Below, one piece after another: positions 20,261 to 29,465 of a DNA stretch of 64,000 nucleotides. The translations under genes and the position numbers were made by a program. A model generated the notes under the pieces. That model ran no database searches. It saw only the letters and a program-made list of their open reading frames with translations, and was not told the origin of the DNA. Numbering within the stretch: position 1 is the stretch's first letter; each line of letters starts with the position of its first letter. Where the stretch lies: positions 1,632,001-1,696,000 of the forward strand of contig JAXGMI010000001.1 in assembly GCA_040768745.1 (NCBI GenBank), written 5' to 3'. This DNA is from Desulfomicrobium sp. (lineage in GTDB: Bacteria; Desulfobacterota; Desulfovibrionia; Desulfovibrionales; Desulfomicrobiaceae).

Positions 20261-20991
20261 TAACCGTGCGGAAGCGTGCAACTTCCACATCCCACGGCCC
20301 GGCCATGGTTTGGATGATCACATTCACTGATCTGATGACCTTGTTGCTGACCTTTTTTGTCCTGCTGTTGTCCATGTCCTCCATGGACAGATCAATTCTT
20401 CACGACGTGACCTCACATTTTCTCGGCGATATGGGATTGGCACCCAAAAAAGGGGCCGGGAGGATACCTGCCCAGTTCGAGATCATGAGCAACGTGTTGG
20501 TTGATCCTGTTGAGGCGCTGCACAATCCGCAGAGGATCAAGGATTTGCTTTTTCCTGACGAAGCTCTGCCCGAAGGCATGGCCCGAAGCACGCTGGAAGA
20601 AAATCTCCAGGTACTCGTGCGGCCCGAGGGAGTGGCGCTGGTGCTTTCGGACGAGCTTCTTTTCGAAACGGGGCAGAGCGATCTGCGCCCGGAAGCCAGG
20701 AAGCTTCTGTCCGGCTTTGGGGCCTTCCTGGCCAGTGTGCCTGTACCCGTCAACGTTGCAGGATACACGGACAACATTCCTGGAATCAGGAAAGATAATC
20801 ATGTGTTGTCGGGAGAGCGGGCCATGTCGGTGTTGACCTACTTTCTGGAGTTTGGATTCGAGCCTCGGCGATTCTCTGTATCGGCATACGGGGAACTCTT
20901 CCCCGTGGCTGACAATACCACGCCCGAAGGAAGGGCGAAAAACCGCAGAGTCGAAATTCTGCTCAAGACAACCGGGATAACGTATCTTTAG
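20257..20991 (+). CDS. motB: Flagellar stator B subunit, copy 2
   Basis: WMITFTDLMTLLLTFFVLL; canonical GYTD...LSGERA...NRRVEI. Confidence 0.9.
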   Translation: MITVRKRATSTSHGPAMVWMITFTDLMTLLLTFFVLLLSMSSMDRSILHDVTSHFLGDMGLAPKKGAGRIPAQFEIMSNVLVDPVEALHNPQRIKDLLFPDEALPEGMARSTLEENLQVLVRPEGVALVLSDELLFETGQSDLRPEARKLLSGFGAFLASVPVPVNVAGYTDNIPGIRKDNHVLSGERAMSVLTYFLEFGFEPRRFSVSAYGELFPVADNTTPEGRAKNRRVEILLKTTGITYL

Positions 20992-21005
20992 GCCCGGATT
21001 TCGCA
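20990..21005 (+). promoter_or_regulatory. Putative sigma54 promoter of fliLMNOPQ
   Basis: AGGCCC-GGATT-TCGCA with exact GG-N10-GC spacing, about 22 nt before ATG 21027. Confidence 0.55.
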
Positions 21006-21026
21006 TATATGCAGCAGGAGGGACAG

Positions 21027-21569
21027 ATGGCTGACAAAAAGGTACAAGCCCCGGAAAAAGAAGAGAAGAAAGGCAGGATTAAGCTGAAGCTGACTATTCT
21101 GCTTCTAGTTGTCCTCGGAGTGCTGGGCGCAGGCGGATTTGCAGCCTGGAAGTTTTACGTTCAGCCCAGGATGACTCAATGGATGCAGGGGAACGCCACC
21201 TCCACGGACGTGAGCGGTCAGGGAGAGACCAGGAAAGCGGAGGACAAGGGAGGTTATCCCGCTGCAGGGGGACAACTGGTGACCCTGGAGCCATTTGTGG
21301 TCAACCTTGCAGACCCCATGGGCCGGCGCTACCTCAAGGCGAATATGGATGTGGAGGTGACTGACGGGGACGTGGCAGCAGAGTTGAATGCGGCTATGCC
21401 CAAGATCAAGGATGCCCTTTTGCTGCTGCTCTCGAGCAAATCTTTTGCAGACATCAGCAGCATGGACAAAAAGATCGAACTGAAGAACGAGATTGTTGAC
21501 AGGTTGAATCTGATCATTGGCAAGGCCAAGGTGCGGAATGTGTACTTTACGGAATTCGTGGTGCAGTAA
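21027..21569 (+). CDS. fliL: Flagellar basal body-associated protein FliL
   Basis: N-terminal TM helix, FVVNLAD...RYLK, VYFTEFVVQ; GGAGG RBS favours ATG 21027. Confidence 0.93.
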   Translation: MADKKVQAPEKEEKKGRIKLKLTILLLVVLGVLGAGGFAAWKFYVQPRMTQWMQGNATSTDVSGQGETRKAEDKGGYPAAGGQLVTLEPFVVNLADPMGRRYLKANMDVEVTDGDVAAELNAAMPKIKDALLLLLSSKSFADISSMDKKIELKNEIVDRLNLIIGKAKVRNVYFTEFVVQ

Positions 21570-21587
21570 GTCAAATTCGGGCGGCGT

Positions 21588-22565
21588 ATGAGCAAGATTC
21601 TCAATCAGGAAGAGGTCGATGCCCTGCTGCGTGGCATTTCGGGGGGAGAGATCGAAACCGAAGATGAGGTTGTTGAGACTCCCGGGGGCATTGTTTCCTT
21701 TGACCTGGCCAACCAGGATCGGATCATCCGCGGGCGCATGCCTGTCTTGGAGATCATCAATGACCGTTTTTCGAGGTTGATTACCAGTGCATTGGCCAAC
21801 ACCATGCGCAAACGTGTCGACGTGAACCCTATCTCCATCGACATGTCCAAGTTCGGGGAGTTCATGCGTTCCCTGCCTGTGCCGACAAGCATAAACATAT
21901 TCAAAATCGATCCGTTGCGCGGCAATGCCCTTCTCGTGGTGGACACGCGCCTGGTGTTCTCCCTGGTGGAAAATTTTTTTGGCGGCGCAGGCACCCAGCC
22001 CAAAATCGAAGGCCGTGATTTTACTCCCATTGAGCAGTCCATCATCACCAAGGTGGTCAAGATCATTCTCTCCAACCTCGAAGATGCTTGGCGGCCGGTG
22101 CACGAGGTCAGCATCGAACTCCTTCGTTCGGAAATAAATCCGCAGTTTGCCACCATCGTGCCTCCAAGCGATGTGGTTGTTGTCATCTCCTTTGAAGTGG
22201 AGCTGGAGAACGCCTTGGGTTCCATGCTTTTGGCACTGCCCTACGCCACCATTGAACCCATCCGATCCAAGCTCTATGCCGCCTTCCAGACGGAGCGGTT
22301 GGAAATCGACCATGCCTGGATTTCTCGCTTCCGGGACAGGCTCATGGAAACTCCTGTGGACCTGGAAGTCACTTTTGGAACCACCCAGTTGACCGGGCGG
22401 CAGATCTTGAACTTACAGGTGGGGGATATCATCCTCCTGGATCAGGACGAAGAGGATCTCCTTTCTGCCCAGGTGCAAGGCATCCTGAAATTTTTTGGAC
22501 AGCCTGGCTTCGTCAAGGGCAACAAGGCGTTCAAAGTCATCAAGGAACAGGAACTCAATTACTAG
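21588..22565 (+). CDS. fliM: Flagellar motor switch protein FliM
   Basis: ILNQEEVDALL CheY-binding peptide, EGRDFTPIE, EINPQFATIV. Confidence 0.96.
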   Translation: MSKILNQEEVDALLRGISGGEIETEDEVVETPGGIVSFDLANQDRIIRGRMPVLEIINDRFSRLITSALANTMRKRVDVNPISIDMSKFGEFMRSLPVPTSINIFKIDPLRGNALLVVDTRLVFSLVENFFGGAGTQPKIEGRDFTPIEQSIITKVVKIILSNLEDAWRPVHEVSIELLRSEINPQFATIVPPSDVVVVISFEVELENALGSMLLALPYATIEPIRSKLYAAFQTERLEIDHAWISRFRDRLMETPVDLEVTFGTTQLTGRQILNLQVGDIILLDQDEEDLLSAQVQGILKFFGQPGFVKGNKAFKVIKEQELNY

Positions 22566-22574
22566 GGGACAGAG

Positions 22575-23141
22575 ATGGTTGAAGATCAGGACAAGTTGGC
22601 TGCAGAATGGGCCGCAGCCCTCGAGCAGCAGGCCGCAGAAACTGGGGTTGCAAAGAGCGAGCAGGATCTGTCCGACGCATGGACGAATGCGTTGCAGGAA
22701 CAGGATAAGGCCGGCTCTGACCGGGCGTTGGCGGACGAGTGGGCCAAGGCCTTGGCCGATGAAGAGCAGAGTAAAATCCACAAGGAAAAGAAGCAGAAGC
22801 AGCTTTCAGCCAAGAGCAGGGATTTTGAGTACAAGGATTTGACAGGCGAGGCCAAGGCCGCAAAGAAAGAAGAAAGCGTCCGCAGAGACCTGGATTTCAT
22901 TCTGGATATCCCCTTGGATGTCTCGGCTCAGCTGGGGAGCACAAAGCTCCTGATCAATGAACTCCTGCAACTGGGTCAGGGTTCGGTCATCGAGCTGAAC
23001 AAGCTGGCAGGAGAGCCCCTGGAGATCATGGTCAACGGGAAACTCGTGGCGCGGGGTGAGGCGGTGGTCATCAACGAGAAGTTCGGGGTGCGCTTGACGG
23101 ACATCATCAGTCCCATCGAACGGGTGAAGCAGCTTGGATAA
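22575..23141 (+). CDS. fliN: Flagellar motor switch protein FliN
   Basis: LDFILDIPLDVSAQLG...GSVIELNKLAGEPL...FGVRLTDI. Confidence 0.95.
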   Translation: MVEDQDKLAAEWAAALEQQAAETGVAKSEQDLSDAWTNALQEQDKAGSDRALADEWAKALADEEQSKIHKEKKQKQLSAKSRDFEYKDLTGEAKAAKKEESVRRDLDFILDIPLDVSAQLGSTKLLINELLQLGQGSVIELNKLAGEPLEIMVNGKLVARGEAVVINEKFGVRLTDIISPIERVKQLG

Positions 23142-23490
23142 TGCAACGATGACCGGCGCTGGGCTGGGGCTCGGGCTTGCATCAGTCAAAATGGCCGCAG
23201 CCTTGCTTGTGCTTCTGGCTGTCATTTTTCTGGGGTTGGCCCTGCTCAAACGCTATGGCGTGGCCGCCCGCCTGCAAGGGCGCGGATCAGGCCTGCTGCA
23301 GGTCGAGGAGCGGGTCTCCCTTTCTCCACGCAAACAGCTGGTGGTGGTCCGGTTTTTGAATAGGCTCCTGGTGGTAGGCGTAACCGATACCGGCATCACC
23401 CTCATTGCCGAACACCAGGAAGATCATGAAACAGACAGGAATTTTCAAAGCGCCTTGGAGCGCGAGAACGGGAAGAATTCTTCTCGTTAG
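23134..23490 (+). CDS. fliO: Flagellar biosynthesis protein FliO
   Basis: Single TM helix then LQVEERVSLSPRKQLVVV...LVVGVT; between fliN and fliP. Confidence 0.88.
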   Translation: MDNATMTGAGLGLGLASVKMAAALLVLLAVIFLGLALLKRYGVAARLQGRGSGLLQVEERVSLSPRKQLVVVRFLNRLLVVGVTDTGITLIAEHQEDHETDRNFQSALERENGKNSSR

Positions 23491-24217
23491 TCTGATCCTG
23501 GGATTTCTTCCCGCCCTGGCCTTCGGGGCCGACGGACCCAATCTCCCTTCCCTTTCCCTGCAGCTCACGAGCGGGCAGGCTGAGCCTCAAAAAGTGGCCG
23601 TGGCTCTGGAAATCATGGCCCTGCTCACGGTTCTCTCCCTGGCTCCTTCTATTGTCCTTACGGTGACGTCCTTCACCCGCATCATCATCGTCTTTCACTT
23701 TCTGCGTCAGGCCATGGGCACTCAGCAGATGCCACCCAACCAAGTTCTTGCCGGGCTAGCCATTTTCATGACGGTGGTCATCATGATGCCCATGGGCAAG
23801 CAGATCAACGACACGGCGCTGCAACCCTATCTGAAGGAAGAAATCGGCTACTCCGATGCCCTGCACAAGGCGGAAAGTCCATTACGGTCTTTTTTGTTCA
23901 AGCATACCAGAGAGAAGGACCTGTCCGTATTTTTTTCCATTACGGGGCTGGAGCGGCCTAAAACCAAAGAGGACGTGCCAACCATGGTTCTGGTGCCTGC
24001 GTACATGATCAGCGAACTCAAGACTGGATTTCAGATCGGGTTTCTCATCTACATCCCCTTTCTGATCCTGGACATGGTGGTGGCAAGCATTCTCCTTTCC
24101 ATGGGCATGATGATGCTTCCGCCAGTCATGGTTTCACTGCCGTTCAAGGTGCTGCTTTTCGTCATGGTTGACGGGTGGAACTTAATCATTGGCTCTCTCG
24201 TCAACAGTTTTGTCTAA
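23426..24217 (+). CDS. fliP: Flagellar export protein FliP
   Basis: TSFTRIIIV, QQMPPNQVL, PAYMISELKTGFQIGF, MGMMMLPP, VDGW; start estimated. Confidence 0.96.
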   Translation: MKQTGIFKAPWSARTGRILLVSLILGFLPALAFGADGPNLPSLSLQLTSGQAEPQKVAVALEIMALLTVLSLAPSIVLTVTSFTRIIIVFHFLRQAMGTQQMPPNQVLAGLAIFMTVVIMMPMGKQINDTALQPYLKEEIGYSDALHKAESPLRSFLFKHTREKDLSVFFSITGLERPKTKEDVPTMVLVPAYMISELKTGFQIGFLIYIPFLILDMVVASILLSMGMMMLPPVMVSLPFKVLLFVMVDGWNLIIGSLVNSFV

Positions 24218-24239
24218 CCAGAACTTCCAGGTGTACGGA

Positions 24240-24509
24240 ATGACCCCCGAATTCATTATCGGTTTTGCCCGCCAGTCCATCGAGTTGACCCTGGCCATCG
24301 CCCTGCCCATGCTCGGAGTGGGTCTGGGCGTGGGCGTCATCGTCAGCATTCTGCAGGCCGCAACCCAGATTCAGGAAATGACCCTGACGTTTGTGCCCAA
24401 GATCATTGCCGTTTTTGTGGCCCTCCTCATTTCTTTTCCCTGGATCATGGACAAGATGATCACCTTCACGCGGGATATCTTTTTAAATTTTCCGCAGTAT
24501 ATCAGGTAA
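24240..24509 (+). CDS. fliQ: Flagellar export protein FliQ
   Basis: MTPE...QAATQIQEMTLTFVPK. Confidence 0.96.
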   Translation: MTPEFIIGFARQSIELTLAIALPMLGVGLGVGVIVSILQAATQIQEMTLTFVPKIIAVFVALLISFPWIMDKMITFTRDIFLNFPQYIR

Positions 24510-25256
24510 CGAGAGTGCGGCCTGTCTCCGCAGCATTTCAGTCATGATCATGGCGCCCGCCTGAGCGACATTCAGCGAGTCAAATCCGCCCCGCATGGGA
24601 ATGGTGAGCAGGGCCTCGCAGCGTTTCTGAACGTTGGGGCGAATGCCTTTGTCTTCATTTCCGAGCACCAGGACCGCTGGAAAACGAATTGTGCTTTCGA
24701 AGACTGAGAGTGCATCATCCTCCATGCCGGAGCCGTAGACCGCGAGCCCTGCCTCGACGCAAGCGTCCAGTGCCCTGGCGAGATTGACGACCTGGCACAA
24801 TGGGATTTGGTCCAGAGCGCCCGCCGCAGCTTTGGCCGCAGCAGGCCCCAGAAAGGCCGCGCGGTCACGGGGGAAAAGAAGCCCCGCTCCGCCCAAGGCG
24901 TGGAGAGTGCGCGCCAGCGTGCCCACGTTCCCGGGGTCTTGGACCTGGTCCAATGCTATGATGAGGGGAAACAGAGACGACCCTGCCCCTGAGATGAGTT
25001 CTTCCAGATCCACGAGGCGCTGCTGACACAGGCGGGCAATGACACCCTGGTGGTTGCCCGTGAACATGCGGTCCAACTCCGTTCGTGGCACCTTGCGGAA
25101 TCTGATTCCCGTCTCCCGGCATTTCGTAATGATTTCACCAAGTCCAGCCCCTTCCTCGGCCAGAAAGATCGTGTCCACGACTTCCGGTCGCGAGGAGAGG
25201 AGCTCAAACACTGGCTTTCGACCGGGCGTAAGGTGATGGGCGGAGTTTGATTGCAT
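24483..25256 (-). CDS. TrmH/SpoU-family RNA methyltransferase (RlmB-like)
   Basis: HQGV, LDQVQDPGNVG, LGNEDKGIR, IPMRGGFDSLNVAQA; start estimated (25256 or 25262). Confidence 0.88.
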   Translation of the reverse strand: MQSNSAHHLTPGRKPVFELLSSRPEVVDTIFLAEEGAGLGEIITKCRETGIRFRKVPRTELDRMFTGNHQGVIARLCQQRLVDLEELISGAGSSLFPLIIALDQVQDPGNVGTLARTLHALGGAGLLFPRDRAAFLGPAAAKAAAGALDQIPLCQVVNLARALDACVEAGLAVYGSGMEDDALSVFESTIRFPAVLVLGNEDKGIRPNVQKRCEALLTIPMRGGFDSLNVAQAGAMIMTEMLRRQAALSLPDILRKI

Positions 25257-25391
25257 TTTCATTTCGCAGTCCATCCCGACTCCGGGGTCGGTTTGCTTTT
25301 TGTTTTTTTTTTCTGTACCAGGGCAAAATGTTCGATCTCGCTGCATCGTGCGGACACGCTGCAGGGGCCAACTTTTGACCAGGAGATTGTT

Positions 25392-27032
25392 TTGACAGTT
25401 GATCTACGCGCGCTTGTCCTCGTCGCGGTTCTTGTCCTGGCCGGCTGTATGCCTGCCAAGAAGGCGCAGGGACCGGTGCAGGCCGTACCCAATGTCGGAG
25501 TTGCGACCCAGGATTCAGGTCCGGCTGGAGTTCCTTCCTCAACTACGGCGCCAGGGACGGAAGTGGCCAGCCAGGATGAGGATATCGACCCGACAGATGT
25601 CCTGCAGGGACGGGAGAACCTGCCCGAAGCCGAGGCCCTCTCCGCTGAGGAAAAGCGGATCCTTGATATGGATATATCATTCCCTGTGGGCCTGGATACA
25701 GACGAAAATGAGGATGTCCAGCGCTATTTTCACTACTACACCCATGTTCATCGCGGCACCATGGAAGGTTGGCTCAAACGGGCTCAACTCTATCTGCCGC
25801 ATATCCGCAAGCGGTTTCTGGAAGAGGGACTGCCGGAAGATTTGATCTATCTGCCTTTTGCAGAAAGCGGGTTCAATACCTTCGCATTGTCCAAGGCCGG
25901 GGCCAGCGGTGTATGGCAATTCATGCCCCAGACAGGTATCAATTATGGGTTGGCCGTGGATGCCTGGGTGGATGAGCGCAGGGATCCCTACAAATCCACA
26001 GAAGCGGCCATCAAGTATCTGAAGAAACTGTATGATATCTTTGGAGATTGGCCTTTGGCCCTGGCCGCGTACAACGCCGGGGAGGGAGCCATTGACCGGG
26101 CCATGAAAAAGACCGGCTGCGAGGATTATGTCAGCCTTTGCAGGACCTCTGCGGTGCTGAAGGAAGAGACCAAACTCTATGTCCCCAAGTTTCTGGCCTT
26201 GGTCAAGATTGCCCGCAACCTCGAAAAACTGGGTTTTGCACCCATTGATTGGAGCAAGCGTCCAGCGGTTCCAGCCAAGCTGCAGGTCAAACCAGGGACA
26301 GATCTCCTTGGTCTGGCCCACAGCATGGGACTGGACTGGAAGGCGTTCCGCGAACTCAACCCTGTTTTCCGCAAGCAGGAGGCTCCATCCGATCGTTTGG
26401 CACAAGTGGCGGTTCCCGGGCATCTTGTGGCCAAGGCCGAAGAGTATTTGAAGCGTCCGGTAGTGCCCAGGAAGACCGAACTCGCCATGTACAGGATCAA
26501 GCCTGGAGACACGTGGTGGAAAGTCGCCCAGAAATATGGCGTTTCGCCCAAGGCGCTGCAGGAAGCCAATAAATCCACCGGTGCCAGTCGGCTTCAGGTC
26601 GGGAAGTCATTGCGGATTCCTGGTAACGCCAAGGAAGTGGGACCTGCAGATGTCGCCCAGACCAGAAAATGGGCTTCCAAGCGGGCCAATTACATTGTGC
26701 GTCAGGGGGACACAGTCTGGTCCCTGGCCAGGAAATTCAACACGGATGCGGCTTCCCTGCTCAAAGCCAACGGTCTCAATTCAGGAGAAACCGTCAAGGT
26801 GGGGCAGAAGCTTTTCGTGCCTGACGCCGGCAGTGTCGAGATCAGGGAGACCAAGGCCAAAGCTGACGCTGTGCGTCAGGAGCGAGTCAGCTACCAGGTG
26901 CAGGCCGGGGACACTTTGTGGAACATTGCCAAGCGATTCGGGGTCAGTCCCGGGGAAATCCGAAAATGGAACAATCTGGCGGAAAATGACTCCATCCGAC
27001 CAGGTGACAGACTCAAGGTTCTCATTCGCTAG
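25392..27032 (+). CDS. Lytic transglycosylase lipoprotein with three LysM domains (MltD-like)
   Basis: AGGAG RBS + TTG 25392; lipobox LAGC; AESGF, GVWQFM, DERRDP, AAYNAGEG; three LysM repeats (GDTW, GDTV, GDTL). Confidence 0.9.
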   Translation: MTVDLRALVLVAVLVLAGCMPAKKAQGPVQAVPNVGVATQDSGPAGVPSSTTAPGTEVASQDEDIDPTDVLQGRENLPEAEALSAEEKRILDMDISFPVGLDTDENEDVQRYFHYYTHVHRGTMEGWLKRAQLYLPHIRKRFLEEGLPEDLIYLPFAESGFNTFALSKAGASGVWQFMPQTGINYGLAVDAWVDERRDPYKSTEAAIKYLKKLYDIFGDWPLALAAYNAGEGAIDRAMKKTGCEDYVSLCRTSAVLKEETKLYVPKFLALVKIARNLEKLGFAPIDWSKRPAVPAKLQVKPGTDLLGLAHSMGLDWKAFRELNPVFRKQEAPSDRLAQVAVPGHLVAKAEEYLKRPVVPRKTELAMYRIKPGDTWWKVAQKYGVSPKALQEANKSTGASRLQVGKSLRIPGNAKEVGPADVAQTRKWASKRANYIVRQGDTVWSLARKFNTDAASLLKANGLNSGETVKVGQKLFVPDAGSVEIRETKAKADAVRQERVSYQVQAGDTLWNIAKRFGVSPGEIRKWNNLAENDSIRPGDRLKVLIR

Positions 27033-27056
27033 AATGGTCCAGAGATGATGATGTTG

Positions 27057-27088
27057 AAACGGCAGGCGCAAGACCTGCCGTTTTTTTT
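27057..27088 (+). terminator. Rho-independent terminator after the mltD-like gene
   Basis: AAACGGCAGG-CGCAAGA-CCTGCCGTTT ending in T8. Confidence 0.85.
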
Positions 27089-27253
27089 ACTGCGTGCACC
27101 GGGACAGATCGGCAGCTAGGGGAAGGGATTCATCGTCAAGAGGGCAGTCGGAAAAGGAGAATCCAAGAGAGGTTGCCCGAGCATCCTCGGGTTTTTCCAC
27201 ATCTGCCTCTGCGCCGGCAGATCCGGGTTTGGTCCAACGGGAAGGAGGGCAGG

Positions 27254-28066
27254 TCAAGCCCTGATCTTCGTTCCCAGGGTCTGTTCGAGCAGTGCCAGTG
27301 CCTGCGCAAAGTCGAATCGGAGGCCAGTCCAGCGTTCGAATTGGGCCAGTCCCTGGCCCACGAACATGGGCAACCCATGGAGAATCTCCACCCGCTCACG
27401 TTCCGCCTGGGCCAGAAGAGGGGTTTGTCTGGGATTGTAGACCAGATCGTAGACAAGGGAGATGCCGTGCAGGGTGTCCTTCCACGGGGAGAGGGACTGA
27501 AAGGGACCGGACATGCCCAGGGGCGTGGTGTTGACCAGCAGGTCTGGACGCACTGTGTGGCGTTCGGACCAGGCCACATGATCGGCTTGAAAGGAAAGGG
27601 CCAAACGGTCGGCCCGGGTTTGCGTCCGGGCCGAGAGACATACCGTCCAACCAGCCTTGTGCAGACCGCAGAGGGCTGCCCGTGCCGCCCCGCCAGCCCC
27701 AAGAATGAGCGCGGTTCCGGGCTTGATGCCGCGTTCCAGAAGTGGAGCCATGAACCCGGTCACATCTGTGTTGTCCCCCCAGAGCTTTCCGTTTTGCCAG
27801 AAGAGGGTATTCACGGCGCCAATGAGTCTGGCGTTTTCAGCCAGTTCGTCGACCATGGGTATGACCGTTTCCTTGTGCGGGATGGTCACGCTGAGGCCGT
27901 GGATGGGCAGAGTGCGCAGCGCGGCCATGAAGGCGGGAAGCTTTTGCGGCGGCGTGTCCCAAACATGGTAGGAGGCCTGGACATCCAGTTCTCGAAAGGC
28001 CCAGTTGTGCAGGACAGGGCTCAAGGTGTGTGCAAGGGGGTGCCCGATGATGCCGAAGAGTTTCAT
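27254..28066 (-). CDS. aroE: Shikimate dehydrogenase
   Basis: GHPLAHTLSP, VTIPHKE, GAVNT, NTDVTG, GAGGAARA, DLVYNP. Confidence 0.95.
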   Translation of the reverse strand: MKLFGIIGHPLAHTLSPVLHNWAFRELDVQASYHVWDTPPQKLPAFMAALRTLPIHGLSVTIPHKETVIPMVDELAENARLIGAVNTLFWQNGKLWGDNTDVTGFMAPLLERGIKPGTALILGAGGAARAALCGLHKAGWTVCLSARTQTRADRLALSFQADHVAWSERHTVRPDLLVNTTPLGMSGPFQSLSPWKDTLHGISLVYDLVYNPRQTPLLAQAERERVEILHGLPMFVGQGLAQFERWTGLRFDFAQALALLEQTLGTKIRA

Positions 28067-28141
28067 GGCAGCCTCCCGGTTGTGGTGAGAAAAAGGAGAG
28101 AGACAGCCCGGGGCCACTTGCCGACCCCGGGTGGTCAGGAG

Positions 28142-28699
28142 TTACACGTACTGCCCGTGGGCAATGACGTAATCGGCCCCGGCCTGGATGGCTGCGGCGT
28201 TTTTGGGGATCATATGGCTGTAGTGTTCGGAGATGACTGAACCAAGGCTGTCCTGGACTTGTTTGACAGGCAGGACACCGGTGGCTTGCACATACGCTCC
28301 AATGGCGACCATGTTGGCCATGCGGCTGTTGCCCAAGCTGTCCGCTATTTCGTTCACCGGCACGGCATAGACCTTGACCCGGTTTTTGTCGGACTTGACC
28401 GGGTCAATGAGGGAGGAGTTGAGGATCAAGATCCCTCCGTCCTGCAGCTGGGGCTGGAACTTGTCCAGGGACGGTCCGTTCATGATGATCAGACTCACAG
28501 GCGAGCGGATGATGGGTGAGCCGATGACGTCATCAGATACGACTACGGTGCAGTTGGCCGTGCCCCCACGCATTTCAGGACCATAGACCGGGATGTATGT
28601 CACGTTCAGCCCCGCGTTCATGCCCGCATAAGCCAGGAGATTGCCGATGAGCATGACGCCCTGGCCTCCAAATCCGGCGATGATTGCATCCTGGTACAT
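28142..28699 (-). CDS. 2-oxoacid:ferredoxin oxidoreductase gamma subunit
   Basis: IAGFGGQGV, YGPEMRGG, ANMVAIGA. Confidence 0.92.
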   Translation of the reverse strand: MYQDAIIAGFGGQGVMLIGNLLAYAGMNAGLNVTYIPVYGPEMRGGTANCTVVVSDDVIGSPIIRSPVSLIIMNGPSLDKFQPQLQDGGILILNSSLIDPVKSDKNRVKVYAVPVNEIADSLGNSRMANMVAIGAYVQATGVLPVKQVQDSLGSVISEHYSHMIPKNAAAIQAGADYVIAHGQYV

Positions 28700-28701
28700 G
28701 C

Positions 28702-29463
28702 TCATTTTTCCTCCTTGGCCAGCACGTCCTTGAAGTTCCCCAGGGGGAAGTAGGGGATCATTTCCGTTTCAATGCGCTTGTTGGCCTGGATCGGGGTCAT
28801 GCGCCAGTTGGTCGGACAAGTTGCCAGTACCTCCACAAAGGAAAACCCGATCTCCTTGGTCTGGCATTCGAATGCCTTGGTGACGGCCTTTTGGGCTTTT
28901 TTGATGTTCTTGATGTTGTTTACGGCCACGCGCTCGGCAAAGGCAACTCCACCCAGGGACGCAATGATTTCAGTCATGCGAATGGGCATGCCTTCGTTCT
29001 CTCGGCACCGCCCGCCAGGACAGGTGGTGGTTTTCTGTCCGACCAGGGTGGTCGGGGCCATCTGGCCGCCGGTCATGCCGTAGACGGTGTTGTTGACGAA
29101 AATCGTGGTGATGTTCTCGCCTCGGTTGGCGCAATGCATGATTTCAGCCATTCCGATGGAAGCCAAGTCACCGTCACCCTGGTAGCTGAAGACGATCTTG
29201 TCGGGCCTGGCCCGTTTCACACCTGTGGCTACGGCAGGGGCGCGTCCGTGCGGCGATTCGATGGCGTCCAGGGAAAGGTAGTTGTAAATGAAGACCGAGC
29301 AGCCAATGGAGCCGATGAGGATGGTCTTGTCCACCAGGCCCAGTTCGGTGATGGCCTCAGCCACCAGGCGATGGGCAATGCCGTGGTGGCAGCCCGGGCA
29401 GTAGTGGGAGGCCCTATCCGTGAGGACCTCGGGGTAGTTGGTGACGCGAATTTCCTGATTCAT
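28702..29463 (-). CDS. 2-oxoacid:ferredoxin oxidoreductase beta (TPP-binding) subunit
   Basis: [26 protein letters not shown]...NN, YGMTGGQMAPTT, TCPT. Confidence 0.93.
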   Translation of the reverse strand: MNQEIRVTNYPEVLTDRASHYCPGCHHGIAHRLVAEAITELGLVDKTILIGSIGCSVFIYNYLSLDAIESPHGRAPAVATGVKRARPDKIVFSYQGDGDLASIGMAEIMHCANRGENITTIFVNNTVYGMTGGQMAPTTLVGQKTTTCPGGRCRENEGMPIRMTEIIASLGGVAFAERVAVNNIKNIKKAQKAVTKAFECQTKEIGFSFVEVLATCPTNWRMTPIQANKRIETEMIPYFPLGNFKDVLAKEEK

Positions 29464-29465
29464 GC

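Noticed and set aside
24483..24509. 27-nt tail-to-tail overlap of fliQ and the TrmH-family gene
   Set aside because: Short convergent overlaps are common; nothing suggests a dedicated antisense system.
27117..27203. 28-aa minus-strand ORF MWKNPRML... after aroE
   Set aside because: Weak RBS, no recognisable features, and it overlaps hairpins that explain the sequence better.
27225..27255. SRP RNA-like GGAAGGA motif
   Set aside because: Lacks the conserved CAGG...GGAA...AGCAG helix context and the long enclosing stem.
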